From Leucoraja erinacea (lineage: Eukaryota), in NCBI RefSeq assembly GCF_028641065.1, contig NC_073383.1:17980001-18044000 (forward strand): a stretch of 64,000 bases of DNA, read 5' to 3'. The notes under the pieces are model-generated. The model was not told where the DNA came from. It searched no databases and saw nothing but the letters and a program-made list of their open reading frames with translations. Of the stretch, positions 47,815 through 61,200 are shown piece after piece; within the stretch, counting starts at the first letter, position 1, and every line of letters begins with the position of its first letter. The position numbers were made by a program, and so were the translations under genes.

Positions 47815-49092
47815 ACTTCAAGTTCAAGTTCAAATGAGTTTATTGTCATGTGTCCCTGAATAGGACAATGAAATTCTTGCTTTGCTTCAGCACACAGAAC
47901 ATAGTAGGCATTTACTACAAAACAGATAAGTGTGTCCATATACCATAATATAAATATATACACACATGAATAAATAAACTGATCAAGTGCAAATAACAGA
48001 AAATGGGTTATTAATAATCAGAGTTTTGTCCGAGCCAGGTTTAATAGCCTGATGGCTGTGGGGAAGTAGCTATTCCTGAACCTGGTTGTTGCAGTCTTCA
48101 GGCTCCTGTACCTTCTACCTGAATCCCCTCGATGGAAGGAAGGTCAGAGCCGATGATGGACTGGGCAGTGTTTACTAATTTTTGTAGTCTTTTCCTCTCC
48201 AGGGCGCTCAAATTGCCGAACCAAGCCACGATGCAACCAGTCAGCATGCTCTCTACTGTGCACCTGTAGAAGTTAGAAAGAGTCTTCCTTGACAAACCGA
48301 TTATCCGTAATCTTCTCAGGAAGTAGAGGCGCTGATGAGCTTTCTTGATAATTGCATTAGTGTTCTCGGACCAGGAGAGATCTTCAGAGATGTGCACGCC
48401 CAGGAATTTGAAGCTCTTGACCCTTTCAACCATCGACCCATTGATATAGATGGGGCTGTAGGTCCCCCTCCTACTCCTTCCAAAGTCCACAATCAGTTCC
48501 TTGGTTTTGCTGGTGTTGAGGGCCAGGTTATTGCGCTGGCACCATATGGACAGTTGCTCGATCTCTCTTCTGTACTCTGACTCATCCCCATCAGTGATAC
48601 GTCCCACAACAGTGGTGTCGTCAACGAACTTGATGATGGAGTTCGCACTGTGACTGGCTACACAGTCATGAGTATAGAGTGAGTACAACAGGGGGCTGAG
48701 CACGCAGCCTTGAGGTGCTCCCGTGCTGATTGTTATTGAGGCTGACACATTTCCACCAATACGAACAGACTGTGGTCTGTGAAAGAGGAAGTCGAGGATC
48801 CAATTGCAGAGGGATGCGCAGAGACCCAGTTGTGCGAGTTTGGTAACCAGCTTGGAGGGGATGATTGTGTTGAATGCCAAGCTGTAATCGATGAATAACA
48901 GCCTGACATATTAGTTTTTGTTGTCCAAGTGGTCCAGAGCGGAGCGGAGGGCCAGCGAGATCGCATCCACCGTTGATCTGTTGTGGCGGTAAGCGAACTG
49001 CAGTGGGTCGCGGTTCTTGTCGAGGTAGGAGTTGATTTGCTCCATGATCAACCTCTCAAAGCACTTCATCACCACCGGCATTAGTGCCACTG
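47815..49092 (-). mobile_element. Rex1/Babar-type LINE, 5'-truncated, with RT domain
   Basis: [60 protein letters not shown]; 3' UTR with (ttcaag)n tail; internal deletion near 48121. Confidence 0.93.
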
Positions 49093-49489
49093 CCACTACT
49101 TCGATGAGACTATGACACATTCTCAGACAAATGGGCATCTTTATACATCAGAGTTTCCAAAATAAATAGTCGGCTGCTGCAACGTTTTATTCTATTAAAT
49201 ATATAAACATGACAAAACCCTTACAGGCAACCAGTCAATGATTCCATGACTAATTATCAGCAACAAACAATTCTTACAAATTTATGGAAAATTGAAGCCC
49301 CAATCGTTTATTTTTACGATTGAATGAGGTTCTCACTCGGTAATCTGTTGGAAGGAATTTTAAAAGAGCAGCTTGGTAATGGCTTCTGTGCGTATTGTTA
49401 CCAAAAAGGATGTAAAATTATTTAGCATTTTGATGCAGTTGCCATTATTGAGAATGAATAGCATGGCAATAAGCCGTACACAACATTTA

Positions 49490-50040
49490 GACATAGACAT
49501 AGAAACATAGAAAATAGATGCAGGAGGAGGCCATTCGGCCCTTCGAGCCAGCACCCCCATTCATTGTGATCATGGCTGATCGTCCCCTATCAATAACCCA
49601 TGCCTGCCTTCTCCCCATATCCCTTGACTCCACTAGCTCCTAGAGCTCTATCTAACTCTCTCTTAAATCCATCCAGTGCCTTGGCCTCCACTGCCCTCTG
49701 TGCCAGGGAATTCCATAAACTCTCTGGGTGAAAATGTTTTTTCCCACCTCAGTCTTAAATGACCTCCCCTTTATTCTAAGACTGTGGCCCCTGGTTCTGG
49801 ATTCACCCAACATTGGGAATTTTTTTCCTGCATCTAGCTTGTCCAGTCCTTTTATAATTCTATATGTTTCTACAAGATTTCCCCCTCATCCTTCTAAACT
49901 CCAGTGAATACAAGCCTAGTCTTTTCAATCTTTCCTCATATGACAGTCCCGCCATCCCAGGGATCAATCTCGTGAACCTACGCTGCACTGCTTCAATCAC
50001 AAGGATGTCCTTCCTCAAATTAGGAGAGCAAAACTGCACA
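49490..50040 (-). mobile_element. CR1-type LINE 3' fragment
   Basis: (catagaaa)n tail and reverse-complement ORF2 C-terminus. Confidence 0.9.
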
Positions 50041-50660
50041 CTTGGCAGATAAAAACGGAATCATGCCCTATGATTTGTGAGTTAAACAGTACTGGATGGA
50101 GTGCATGCATGTACGTCAAGTAGGGTCATTATAGCACTATTATAACCACATGTGAAAACAAAACTTAGGTCTGAGAAAGAATGTGACTATTTCAGCTTTA
50201 TGGAAAATGGAATGAGATTTTCCAAAAATACTTTGTTAATGTAGTTAGCCATAATAACAGTGACGTATATTAGCTGGTTTACATCAAAATAGTTCAATTT
50301 CTTTAATAACGAGGGTGCATGTTCTAATGCTGAACCATGTGAGCCAAGACGATCCTGGGACTGATTTCTGATTTCATGTTCCATTAGCAGACCTCAGCCG
50401 AGATTATTGATGAACCATGACAACCAGCCTGTGCGTGGAAACATGTTAGTTGAGTAAATTGTATGAATTGCCTGATTCAGTCCACAGCACTGGACTGAAA
50501 GCAAATCATTCCCGATCTAAATGGACCACTTCATATAAGAGAAGATTGCCCTGCCATGCACCATTCAGTGATCAGCAGATGTGATTGCTCAATTACAGGA
50601 AGGATGTGAGGGTTTGGAGAAGATGGAGTAAGGGTTTATCAGAATGTGGCCTGAATTTGC

Positions 50661-50955
50661 CGGCGACACAGTGGTGCAGCGGTAGAGTTGCTGCTTTACA
50701 GCGACAGAAACCCTGACTATGGGTGCTGTCTGTACGGAGTTTGTATGTTCTCCATTTGACTGCGTGGGTTTTCTCCGGATGCTCTGGTTTCCTCCCACAC
50801 TCCAAAGGCGTACAGATTTGTAGTTTAATTGGTTTTGGTAAAATTGTAAAAATGGTGCTGATGTGTGTAGAATTTTGTTAGTGTACGGGGTGATAGCTGG
50901 TCAGAGTGGACTTGATGGGCTGAAGGGCCTGTTTCCATGCTGTGCCTCAAAAGTC
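50661..50955 (+). mobile_element. HE1/V-SINE-type SINE
   Basis: cagtggtgcagcggtagagttgctgc head plus V-domain. Confidence 0.85.
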
Positions 50956-51835
50956 CAACTACGAGTATTAGCTACAAGGAGAGGTTGGACAAACTTGGAT
51001 TGTTTTTTTCTGGAGTACAAGAGGCTGGGTTGGGAGAAGGCATAAATCCCATTTTTTTTTTTTTAAAAGGGCACCGAACATGAGTCGAGACCTAGCGCTA
51101 CCAGGTGTCAGTACCGTTTATTGTGAATCTTTCAGTCCTAGTTCCAAGTTTGTTATTTGTCGCCTGGTTAAGAACTGATTCGCAGCAGTGAGGCTATAAG
51201 GAACTCCATGAACCTACAGCAGATTGTTACACTCGTTGCCTCTTGACTGTGCCATCAATCAAAGGCAAATTGTTTTGGTCCAGCTGGGAGGTGCTGACAT
51301 GGCCTTCCATATGTTGGTCTATGAACATGCAAACAACCTCATTCCTAAAGTTGCGAATGGTGCTCGCAGTTTTAAACTGTGGAGGGGGAGGCGGAGAGAT
51401 ACCGAAGGTTTCTTCCCTGCCAAATCTAGCTGGGAGTTGGAGACCACTGAAGCTGGATGTAGTTAATTTCAAAGTGTGCAGAGAACATAGTTTCTATGCA
51501 CTGATAAGGAGTTAAGGCTGTCTCAAGATAACAATATTAAATGTAGCACTGGATGAAGGAGTTCAACATTTGATAAAATATTTCAAAATTGGCTGCAGAC
51601 ATACCTGAGAAACTTGCTAAAGGTTGGGTGGGAAACTGCTTGGATAATGTCCTGGAGATGATTGAATACACACCTATTAATTCAACAAATATAACATATC
51701 ATAAGTAAGTGAAATATTGATGCAGCCATCTTCATTATCTCCATTACAATCAACATTTGATTCATAAACAATTTGAAAGGACATTAGAGTATGAAAATCA
51801 ATATTTTTCAAGTTCAGGATCATGGAAGGAATTGG

Positions 51836-52113
51836 AGTTCAGAGATACTTCCCTTTGGCTCACAGAGTCCGTGCTAACCAGCGATCACTAGTACACTAAC
51901 ACCTACACACAAGGGAAAATTTACAATTTAACCAAAACCAATTAACCTACAAACCTGTATATCATTGTAGTGGGAATAAACCGGAGCACCTGGAGAAAAC
52001 CCATGCGGTCATAGGGAGAACGTACAAACTCTGTACAGAGCACCCATAGTCTGGATCGAACCCGGGTCTTTGATGCTGTAAAGCAGCAGTTCTACCACTG
52101 CACCACTGAGCCA
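51836..52113 (-). mobile_element. HE1/V-SINE-type SINE
   Basis: Reverse-complement V-domain and ggatcgaacccggg B-box. Confidence 0.82.
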
Positions 52114-52549
52114 CTCTGGAGAAAGGGGTTTTATTCTTGTGAGTAAATAACTTCCATAGAAAATGTGAAGAATATCCTTCCTAAACGGAATGGTCTTTCT
52201 GGAACAGTGAGGCTCTGAAATTTCAGAGTTGATCGCGGTTTCTAGAGATTATTTCTAGTAGTAAATGTCAACTCGATTGCAATGCACACTTGGCATTGCA
52301 ATCATGTCTGGTATTTATTTGATTCTCAGGGAATCAAGCCTTCCTGTTTTTATATGATCTAATATGCAAGTCATTGCAAGTAAATGGAGTTCTGCTCCCT
52401 GTATCTGTGGAGTAATGATGTGGCATGCACAGTCACAAATGCAATTTGCTGATCTTGAAGTCCCTGCCCAAAAGAATCTCGGTCAATTCTTCAGTCAAGC
52501 ACCTTGAATGAACTTGTCTCTCAGCTCTCCATCAGCACTGCTTTTAAAT

Positions 52550-53188
52550 GTCAATAGACAATAGACAATAGGTGCAGGAGTAGGCCATTCGGCCCTTCAA
52601 GCCAGCACCGCCATTCAATGTGATCATGGCTGATCATCCACAGTCAGTACCCCATTCCTGCCTTCTCCCCATATCCCCTAACTCCGCTATCTTTAAGAGC
52701 CCTATCAAGCTCTCTCTTGAAAGTATGCAGAGAACTGGCCTCCAACGCCCTCTGAGGCAGAGAATTCTACAGACTCTCTGTGTGAAAAAGTGTTTCCTCA
52801 TCACCGTAAATGCCTTGCCCTTTATTCTTAAACTGTGGCCCCTGGTTTTGGACTCCCCCAACATCAATAACATGTTTCCTGCCTCTGGCGTGTCCAAACC
52901 TTAATAATCTTATATGTTTCAATAAGATTCCCTCTGATCCTTCTAAACTCCAGAGTATACAAGCCCAGCCGCTCCATTCTCTCAGCATATGACTGTCCCG
53001 CCATCCCAGGAATTAACCTTGTGAACCTCCGCTTCACTCCCTCAATAGCAAGAATGTCCTTCCTCAAATTAGGGGACCAAAACTGTACACAATACTCCAG
53101 ATGTGGTCTCACTAGGGCTCTATACAACTGCAGAAGGATCTCTTTGCTCCTATACTCAACTCCTCTTGTTACGAAGGCCAACATGCCA
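52550..53188 (-). mobile_element. CR1-type LINE 3' fragment
   Basis: ORF 52864-53208 [26 protein letters not shown]; (caatagа-like) caatagacaata tail. Confidence 0.9.
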
Positions 53189-54377
53189 TACAGAACATGC
53201 CATGTCACACAAAAAAAAAGACAGAATCATTGTCTGTACCTATAGTCCACATACAGAGATATTAGGACTGATGGTAAGCAAGTGCTTGGTCATGCAGTGA
53301 GGACTAAAAAGAAGATAGAAACGGGGAGATGGAATTTCAAATGTGGAAACCGGGGAGAGATCAAAACGTGATCCACTTGGGGCAAAGGTAGGATTTGAAG
53401 CATTTTAAGGTCATTTTACCACCTTTTTTTGAGATTGATCGTCAGTGGAGAAGAAGCTGCAAAGCTTCCATGTTGTATGACAATGACTCTATGCTTACTG
53501 TGGCATCTTGCTCAGCATGGATACGTTGAGCTGAAGGGTTTGTTTCCATGCAATTTGACTCTCTGTGACTGCAAATGAAATACCCATGGTAACTTTCCTG
53601 ATGCAGAAGGAAAAGCAAACAGCACAGTTGGCAAGAAAGCCTTCACATCCCTGGTCCCTGAAACAACTCAGTTACGTAAAGGTTAGAAATATGGCCACTT
53701 CCTCGTTCAGAATCAAAACTGCGCCTGTTTGCATTGGGAAGCATCTCGAGATCTATAGTTCATCTGTCCTGAGGCTGGATGACAGAACATGAATCTAGTA
53801 AGGATGCTGCTAATGAGGGAGAATTGGGATTGAAATTTAGAATTTCCCAGAGAGATCTGGCTATTTGGTTAGCCATTACCATATCCTGCCGCTCCTCTCC
53901 CACTTCTTCCAACATGCATATACTATTTTTATGAAGAAAGGTGCTGATCCAAAATGTTGCTTGACCATGTTCTCCACAGGTGCTGCCTGACCTGTTGAGT
54001 TACTCCAGCACTTTGTGTTCTATCATATACATTGTTGGATTCCAGTTGAGAGCTACATTACAATTTCAATCTCTGTGTAATTTCTCTTCAACTGCCAAAT
54101 AATAATGAATGTGATATTTGGCTTGCCAAGTAATATAGTGTAAAACAAAAGCATCAATAAAATGCCATTGATCTGATAATGTAACTTCATCCCAGAAGTC
54201 TTCTTGATGCAGTAGTCATGCCTCCAGTGTAATGTTATATAATTGGAAGGGTGGATAAGGAGCCAGAAGAAACATTATATGTTATACATGATGTTGTTTC
54301 ATCATTTACTTCTGGCCAGTTGGAAAGTGGGTACTTCATCAACAATTTCCCACACAAATTAGCTAGAATTAAGAATG

Positions 54378-54880
54378 CACTGGCGTAGTGATTAAGACAC
54401 TGGGCTAGTGTTTGGAGTCCTGGGCTACCAATCCAGATTGCACATTTGAATCTCATCAGAGCAGCTGGGGTAGTAAAAGTAAACAAATTTGGAATTAAGA
54501 CTGAACATCAGAGTCTGAAGAAGGGTTTTGGCCCGAATAGTTGCCTATTTCCTTCGCTTCATAGATGCTGCTGCACCCGCTGAGTTTCTCCAGCATTTTT
54601 GTGTACCTTTGATTTTCCAGCATCTGCAGTTCCTTCTTAAACACTTAACATCATTAATGTGAACATGAAGCCGTTGAACACTTACCTGGTTCTCTAATGT
54701 TGATGGAAATCTGCATCCTTCCATCAGAAGATGGACACAAAGTGCTGGACTACGCCTCACTGTTGATTCATAATAATGCAACTGGACTGAAAAAAAATCC
54801 AGCAAGCCACTCAATTCAAAGGGAAATGCAAGGATGGGCTGCATTTGCTCGCCTTAACCATGACGTTCACATCCCATGAA
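54378..54880 (+). mobile_element. Older tRNA-derived SINE (second family) interrupted by a Penelope terminal repeat (54510-54642)
   Basis: A-box-like tggcgtagtgatta, body ending cagcaagccactcaattcaaaggg...cacatcccatgaac; the insert closely matches 10692-10822. Confidence 0.6.
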
Positions 54881-55815
54881 CATAAGATCAAAAATGTACC
54901 CCTTCTGGAGGGAAACCTAAAAAGCAGGTTCATCTCAAGTTTTCAATCCCATGCAAGCAATAGTGTGCTGAAATACACACACCCTAGTGAAGGGTGTTTC
55001 GGATATAGGCATTTATCAATGCCTCAGATCATTGTGCTACATTTTGCTCTATGTTGTTCATTGCTACATAATTGAAGAAAGTTGTAGGCCACACAGTCTT
55101 TCTTGTCCTGGCCTAAGAGAGTCCAGTCACACCTTTGCACCCGATGGTGTCAACGTTTTCCTCTGTTCTTGCATCATCTATGTTTCTCTAGCTTGTCTTT
55201 AAATGTACTAATCAGATTACTTAACTACTCCCTGCAAGAGGACAATCCAGCCTTTTGCTTCCAAGTGACTTCATATGAATGCTGTGCCTTTTATGTAATA
55301 CTGGTGGTTTATTGACCTTTAATTCGTTTAAGAAGAACAAAGGAATAGGACAGGACTTCACCGTGTTGTTTGGGCCTTGATTGTTTATGTTAATTCTCAC
55401 AACACAAGGTACTTTTCATGCTTGAAACTTGAGCAACATTAAAGTCCTGGGGGAACACAGCGGAGCAAACAGCATCTGTGGAGGGAAATAGACAGATGAG
55501 ACTTTAGGGTCGGAACCCTTCATCAGACTGAGTTGTCTGTCCATTTCCCACCACAGAGGCTGCCTGACCTGCTGAGTTCTTCCAGCATTTTGCTCTTTTG
55601 CTTGTGTTAATTCATTTTGTGCTGTAGGAGACGAGATTCTCAGAGTTTTCATTTTGTCAGATTTCACCATGAGATGATTATTGGAAATCTTCGGCAGATT
55701 TCCCAGTTACATATTTTTAGTGGATTCTGGAACCAAGTGGGAAGTTTTGGAACATTTTTAATTGACATTTATCATATGAATTAAGTGTAATGAGCTAGTG
55801 TACTATTCAATATGT

Positions 55816-56025
55816 TTATGGTGTATGGAATGAGCTGCCAGAGGATACTAAGGCATATGCTATAATAATATTTAAAATACATTTAGACAGGTACATGGAC
55901 AGGAAAGATGTAGAGGTATATGGGGCCAAAAGTGGACAGGTGGCACTAGTGTACATGGGGCATCTTGGTCGGCATGGACGGGTTGGGTTAAAGGGCCTAT
56001 TTCCATGCTGTATGATTCTATGACC
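55816..56025 (+). mobile_element. CR1-type LINE 3' fragment
   Basis: gtatggaatgagctgccagagg...catttagacaggtacatggacagg...gggcctatttccatgctgtatgattctatga. Confidence 0.75.
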
Positions 56026-56744
56026 AATTGGAATAATACTCAATAGTTTGGAGAATCCACCAGGGGGGCACCACCAAATTCCTGAACATGTCGGATTATT
56101 GGAATTTACTGTAAAGTAGTTAGGGCCCAAGCACCTGGCCACATGGTGGCCTACTCAACGCAGCCTTACTTATTGAAAAGAACAGACCTTAAGATCAGTG
56201 CAGTTACTCAGGCTGTTCGATGGCCAACTTTGTAAAGGACTTGGTTTTGTTCTGGTTTTGGATTCCGAGTCTGCCATTAAGGATAGATTTGAATTAACAA
56301 TTCCTAATACAAAATCCTAACCACAGCTGCATTCTCATATCTCCCCATGGCAGAGAAAATTAGATCTACATGCCGTACACTTCTTTCTGCGACTTCTCCC
56401 CGGTCCGGGGGAGGTTCGGCGCCCAAGTCGGGGCGGCCCAGCCCGAGGCTGAAGACGGCGCAGTACTCACGTGAGGGTGGCTGGGACGGTGTTCTGGCGG
56501 CGGTGGCCTGAGTCCAGGGTTCAGCCGCGGGCCAGCAGCTGCTTCTGCAGGACTGGTGGGCCGTACCCCGGGCCGCTTCTTTGAGCTGCGGGACTGTTCT
56601 TAACATCGCCCGGGGGGGGGGGGGGGGGGGGTATTCTGACCAATGTCACATATGCTGGGTGGAACTGTGGTGGATTATGTGTGTTTTTTCAGTATGACTG
56701 CTGCAAACTGACTAAGTCTGGCAGAATCTATCTATAGACATGGC

Positions 56745-57080
56745 AGAAAAGACACAAAAAGCAGTAACTCAGCAGGACAGGACAGCATCTCTGGAGAGAA
56801 GGAATGGGTGACGTTTCGGGTCGAGGTCCTTCTTCAGACTGGTTAGGGATAAGGGAAACAAGAGATATAGATGTTGATATTGAGAGATAAAGAACAATGA
56901 ATGAAATATATGCCAAAAAGTAACGATGATAAAGGAAACAGGCCATTGTTAGTTGTTTGTAGGGTGAAGATGAGAAGCTGGTGCGACTTGGGTGGGGGAG
57001 GGATAGAGAGAGAGGGAACGCCGGCCGGGGCTACCTGATGTTAGAAAAATCAATATTCATACCACTTGTCTGTAAACTGA
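56745..57080 (-). mobile_element. Penelope-like relic with terminal repeat
   Basis: gggtgacgtttcgggtcgaggtccttcttcagact plus aatcaatattcatacc (reverse complement of GMNIDF). Confidence 0.8.
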
Positions 57081-57242
57081 ATGGTAGGTTTTAAGTAGAA
57101 TATTCATTTATTTTGTAAGATTTGATGTATTTTACATTGAGCTAACATTTAGTGCATTTTTCTTTGAGTAGAAAGCGGGCCAAATGGGACTGGCTTAGAT
57201 GGGGCATCTTGATCACCATGGTCGAGTTGACCCGAAGGGCCC

Positions 57243-57532
57243 CCTTTGTCGTAGACAGTGACGCAGCCTGTCATATCTTGCCGTATTTTGTGTCCTGGGT
57301 GGACGTATGTCGACTTCGGCTGTTGCTGTTTGACGTCTGTGCGGTTGCAGGATGTCGCATGTTGTCACTGTTGAGGTCCTGGAAATTGTGACTTCAGCTG
57401 ATGCAGATTGTCGCAGCTTGACGTCAACTGTGTCGTAGCCTGTCATAGATTGTCGTACAACTTGGCGGTTTTTCGGTGACTGCTGACACCCGCAGTCGCC
57501 GAAAAAAATCGCAAAGTGGAACAGACCGTTTA
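57243..57532. mobile_element. Partial MITE related by TIR to the tgtcccactt family
   Basis: Right end gccgaaaaaaatcgcaaagtggaacagaccgttta resembles the aagtgggacagg TIRs; interior is (tgtcg)-rich. Confidence 0.5.
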
Positions 57533-57839
57533 CAATCACCTGTAAAATCATGTTTTCCAGATATACTGCCTGACCCAGTGAGGTACTCCAGCACTTTGTG
57601 TCTTTTAAAAAATAAACCAGCATCTGCAGTTCCTTGTTTCTGAAAAAGCATGAATATTGCCTTCAAAGAACCAGCAGCATTTTTGCAAGAATGTATTCAA
57701 TTAATTCTATTGTGTGTTGGGAAGATTTCTGCCCATTAAGGTGCATTGTATCTTTGAGCTAAATTCCCAATGGCAAAGTATCGAGATATGGTTGCAACTG
57801 AAAATCACTGGCATATTTTACGTGGCACATGGGAAATAA

Positions 57840-58145
57840 TGGCACATAGCGTGGCGCAGCGGTAGAATTGCTGCCTTACAGCGCTTGCAGTGCCGGAGAC
57901 TCAGGCCCGATCCTCAATACGAGTGCTGTCTGTGCGGAGTCTGTACGTCTCTCCGTTACCATGTGGGTTTTCTCCGAGATCTTCGGTTTCACCCACACTC
58001 CAAAGACATGCAGGTCTGTAGGTTAATTGGCTTGGTGTACGTGTAAATTGTTCCTCGTGTGTATAGGTAAGACAGTGTTAATTGGCAGGAAGCACTGGTA
58101 GGTGTGGGCTGATGGACCTGTTGCCACTCTGTACCTCTAAATAAA
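57840..58145 (+). mobile_element. HE1/V-SINE-type SINE
   Basis: gtggcgcagcggtagaattgctgccttacagc head plus V-domain. Confidence 0.85.
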
Positions 58146-59119
58146 TTAAACAAGGCTGTTAACAGACAAATGTATCAAATGCATCTGATAGGGAACAAAC
58201 AGATTTTTCATTTTTCCTATTTCAAATCAGCAGCAAAACTAAAAACGAAACTGTTCAAGAATACATTTCTAAAGTCCAATGTGAACCATCATCCAAAGAT
58301 GTTCAGAGATATTTTATTGCTTACTAAAGCTATAATATTAGAAATCAGTGCTAACATTCTTGGTATGATGTGGCTATGTTAGAATTTTGAGATGGGAAAA
58401 CAGCTCTGTGAGTGTAAAGGGCACCAGATACCCACGGGAAAATAGTTCTCATAACCTTTGCTTGATATCTTTTCGGGCTGTTATATGGAGTTCAGTCTGC
58501 TTTCTGCACATGGTTTAAATTGAACGTGCATTAAAATGTTGTTATCTGTGGTAGGGAATTTGTTTATAAGGGATGAAATTTTCATTTCCTACTTTAGATT
58601 TGCATTGGTGTTTAGCCATTATCCTGATCCCAACATAGGTTTGAGGCTAGTTCAATTATAATTTTATTCCAGACTTCCAGCAAGATATTCGCAACTCAAG
58701 AAAACTGCACAGGGAAACTGATGGTAGCAAGCATGCGTCCACATCAATTCCCACAGACTTCAACATACTGAATAATCTCAGCATTCGGCACAGGAATATT
58801 ATCGAACAAACCTTTGCACTGAAACGTAGAAGATATTGCCATGGATCATCCATTGTCCCACAACTGCTGGGTGTCTGCCCCCAAGCAAGCGTTATCCTGG
58901 GACTCTGATCCCAACACTTTGGTGAGGCCGGGCTGTTTCATTGCCAGCAGCCTGCTAAACTCTCAGAGAACCAGTTGATAGCATGCGACACCTTTCCCTC
59001 AGGCTCACCAGCTGTCAAAGCGTTTGTGAATGCCTTTGACACTCCTAAGCCTGCAAAAAATATATATACAGTAGTAGCACAATAAACTATTTTTACATTT
59101 TCTTGCTTACTCGTTCACA

Positions 59120-59304
59120 NNNNNNNNNNNNNNNNNNNNNNNNNNNNNNNNNNNNNNNNNNNNNNNNNNNNNNNNNNNNNNNNNNNNNNNNNNNNNNNNN
59201 NNNNNNNNNNNNNNNNNNNNNNNNNNNNNNNNNNNNNNNNNNNNNNNNNNNNNNNNNNNNNNNNNNNNNNNNNNNNNNNNNNNNNNNNNNNNNNNNNNNN
59301 NNNN
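59120..59304. other. Assembly gap
   Basis: Run of N. Confidence 1.
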
Positions 59305-59589
59305 CAAAACCTAAGAAACCGCCACAGATCCTTCTCCCTACATTCAGCCAATCTCTCCCTTTGAATGGGATGGCCATGCTGTCACCAGCACTAATGTGGT
59401 GCAGGCCCAGTGGGCAACTTTCCTATTTGCAGAAGTGTGTGGCTACTGCCAATTTAGGCCTGTGCTTGTGCTAGGCGCCTGGTGATTTGTGTAAAGGTGT
59501 TGATATTAACACTGACACCTAGTCAGAAGTGTTGGGGCATTTTGTCAGGAAGCCAAAAGTCAAGTGTGAATGTTGCACTTTGGGAGGTC

Positions 59590-60320
59590 GATAAGTAAAG
59601 GGAATATATGCATTTAATGCCAAGACTCTTAACAGCACTGATGCCCAGAGAGGGATCTTGGGGGAAAACGTTTATAATAGCCTGAGAGAGGCAAGACAGA
59701 TAGAAAGAGTTGTGAAGAAGGTGCATGGAATGCTTGCCTTCATTGGTCGGGGCATTGAGTACAAGAATCAAAAAGTCATGATGCGGCTTTATAGGACTTT
59801 GGTTCGGCCCCATTTGTGGTACTGCATGTAGTTCTGGTCACCCCAATACAAGAAAGATGGGGAGGTTTTGGTAAGGGTGCAGAGGAGGTTCACCAAGATG
59901 ATGCGTGGATCAGGGAGCATTAGCTGCAACGAGAGGTCGAACTTTAATTGTTTTCTCCAGAATGCCAGAGGTTAAGGGGAGACCTGATAGAAATATATAA
60001 AATTATGAATCATAAATAGAGTAGACCGTCAGAACCTTTTTCCCCAGCTTAAAAATATTAAATAATAGAGAGCATAGGTTTAAGGGGAGAGAGGAGCAAA
60101 GTTTAAAAGGGGCAAGTTTTTTTTACACAGATGGTGGAGAGCGACTGGAATGTACAGTGGGGTGCTAGTGGAGGCAGATACAATGGGGGATTTAAGAGAC
60201 TTTAGGCGAGGCACATGGATAATGTGCAGGCAGATAAGAGTTGGTCTTGACATCATGTTTGGCACAGACATTGTGGGCTGGAGGACATGTTCCTGTGCTG
60301 TGCTGTTTTATCTTCTATAA
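59590..60320 (+). mobile_element. Older CR1-type LINE fragment
   Basis: Degenerate GMLAFIGRGIEYKNQ..MRLYRTLVRPHL..C..FWSPQYKK..RVQRRFT and RLRGDLIEIYKIM. Confidence 0.85.
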
Positions 60321-60788
60321 CTGGACAAAGTAGTATGTTTTGAAGCAGCCTATTCAGGATAAAAGAAATAAGTGAGGTGGAGAGGTCAAGGGAGAGAACA
60401 TTAGGTCAGTGGCAGCTGAAGACACAGTCGTTAATACTGGAGTGAATACAATTGGCGTGGTCAATGGGCTGGAATTTGAGAGCAGTAGCTATCTCAGGAG
60501 ATTGTAGAGCTCATGGAAGTCCAATTCAGAAATACAGCATATAAACAGCAGGCCCTTTGGCCCACTTAGTCCATGCCGACCAACAATCACCCATTTAAAA
60601 AATGCCACAAAGTACTGGAGTAACTCTGCGGGTCAGGCACAATTCTGGAGGACATGGATAGGTGATGTTTCTGGCTGGGAATCTCATTCAGCCTGATTGT
60701 GGGTGGGAGGGGGGGGGGGAAGTTGGAAGAGAGGAGGGGTAGGGTAAAGCCTGGCAGGCAGGTAATAGGTTGAAACAGATGAGGAGGG

Positions 60789-61002
60789 TGTAGATTGGTT
60801 TATGCATGCAACCAATCATATATAGGTTAGCATCACTAACCCCGCCTTACTGTATCATTTATATTAACACCTACTTCCTATGCTACGCTGTTCGGTAGCA
60901 GACAGGAGTCAATGACTACTAACAATTCTGTATGTGGATTAGAGATGACCTTATGTAACGTGTTGTGTAGATGTCATATTTACATGGTGTCAGAAGTGGG
61001 AT
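60789..61002 (+). mobile_element. Gypsy-type LTR (~60789-60984) plus primer-binding site for tRNA-Leu (60985-61002)
   Basis: tgtagat...atttaca termini immediately followed by TGGTGTCAGAAGTGGGAT, complementary to the 3' end (ATCCCACTTCTGACACCA) of vertebrate tRNA-Leu(CAA); left LTR boundary is tentative. Confidence 0.75.
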
Positions 61003-61200
61003 AGTGGGGGCGCTTGATGGCATGGGTCAAGTCTTTTGGATTGATGCACACACGGATTTCATTTTTATCCTTTTTGAGAGCAGCAACCATGGTGGACACC
61101 CAATCGCCCATGGAGACCATATTATTTAACATGGACTCAACACTGTCACTCATGGCATGTGACACACGATGTGGTGCACGAACAACAGGTACCACCTTGG
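60997..61200 (-). pseudogene. Gypsy/Ty3 reverse-transcriptase N-terminal fragment, inverted relative to the LTR/PBS
   Basis: PVVRAPHRVSHAM...DWVSTMVAALKKDKNEIRVCINPKDLTHAIKRPHYP. Confidence 0.85.

Noticed and set aside
51052-51200. Poly-T tract plus tttatt suggesting a minus-strand retrocopy or Pol III RNA (vault/Y-like)
   Set aside because: No match to vault, Y or 7SL motifs that I can recognise; no target-site duplication; AATAAA spacing is atypical.
58789-58845. HRNIIEQTFALKRR, resembling the Harbinger transposase RxxIExxFGxLKxRF motif
   Set aside because: Single short motif with no supporting upstream DDE motifs; could be chance. A tBLASTn/HMMER search with DDE_Tnp_4 would settle it.
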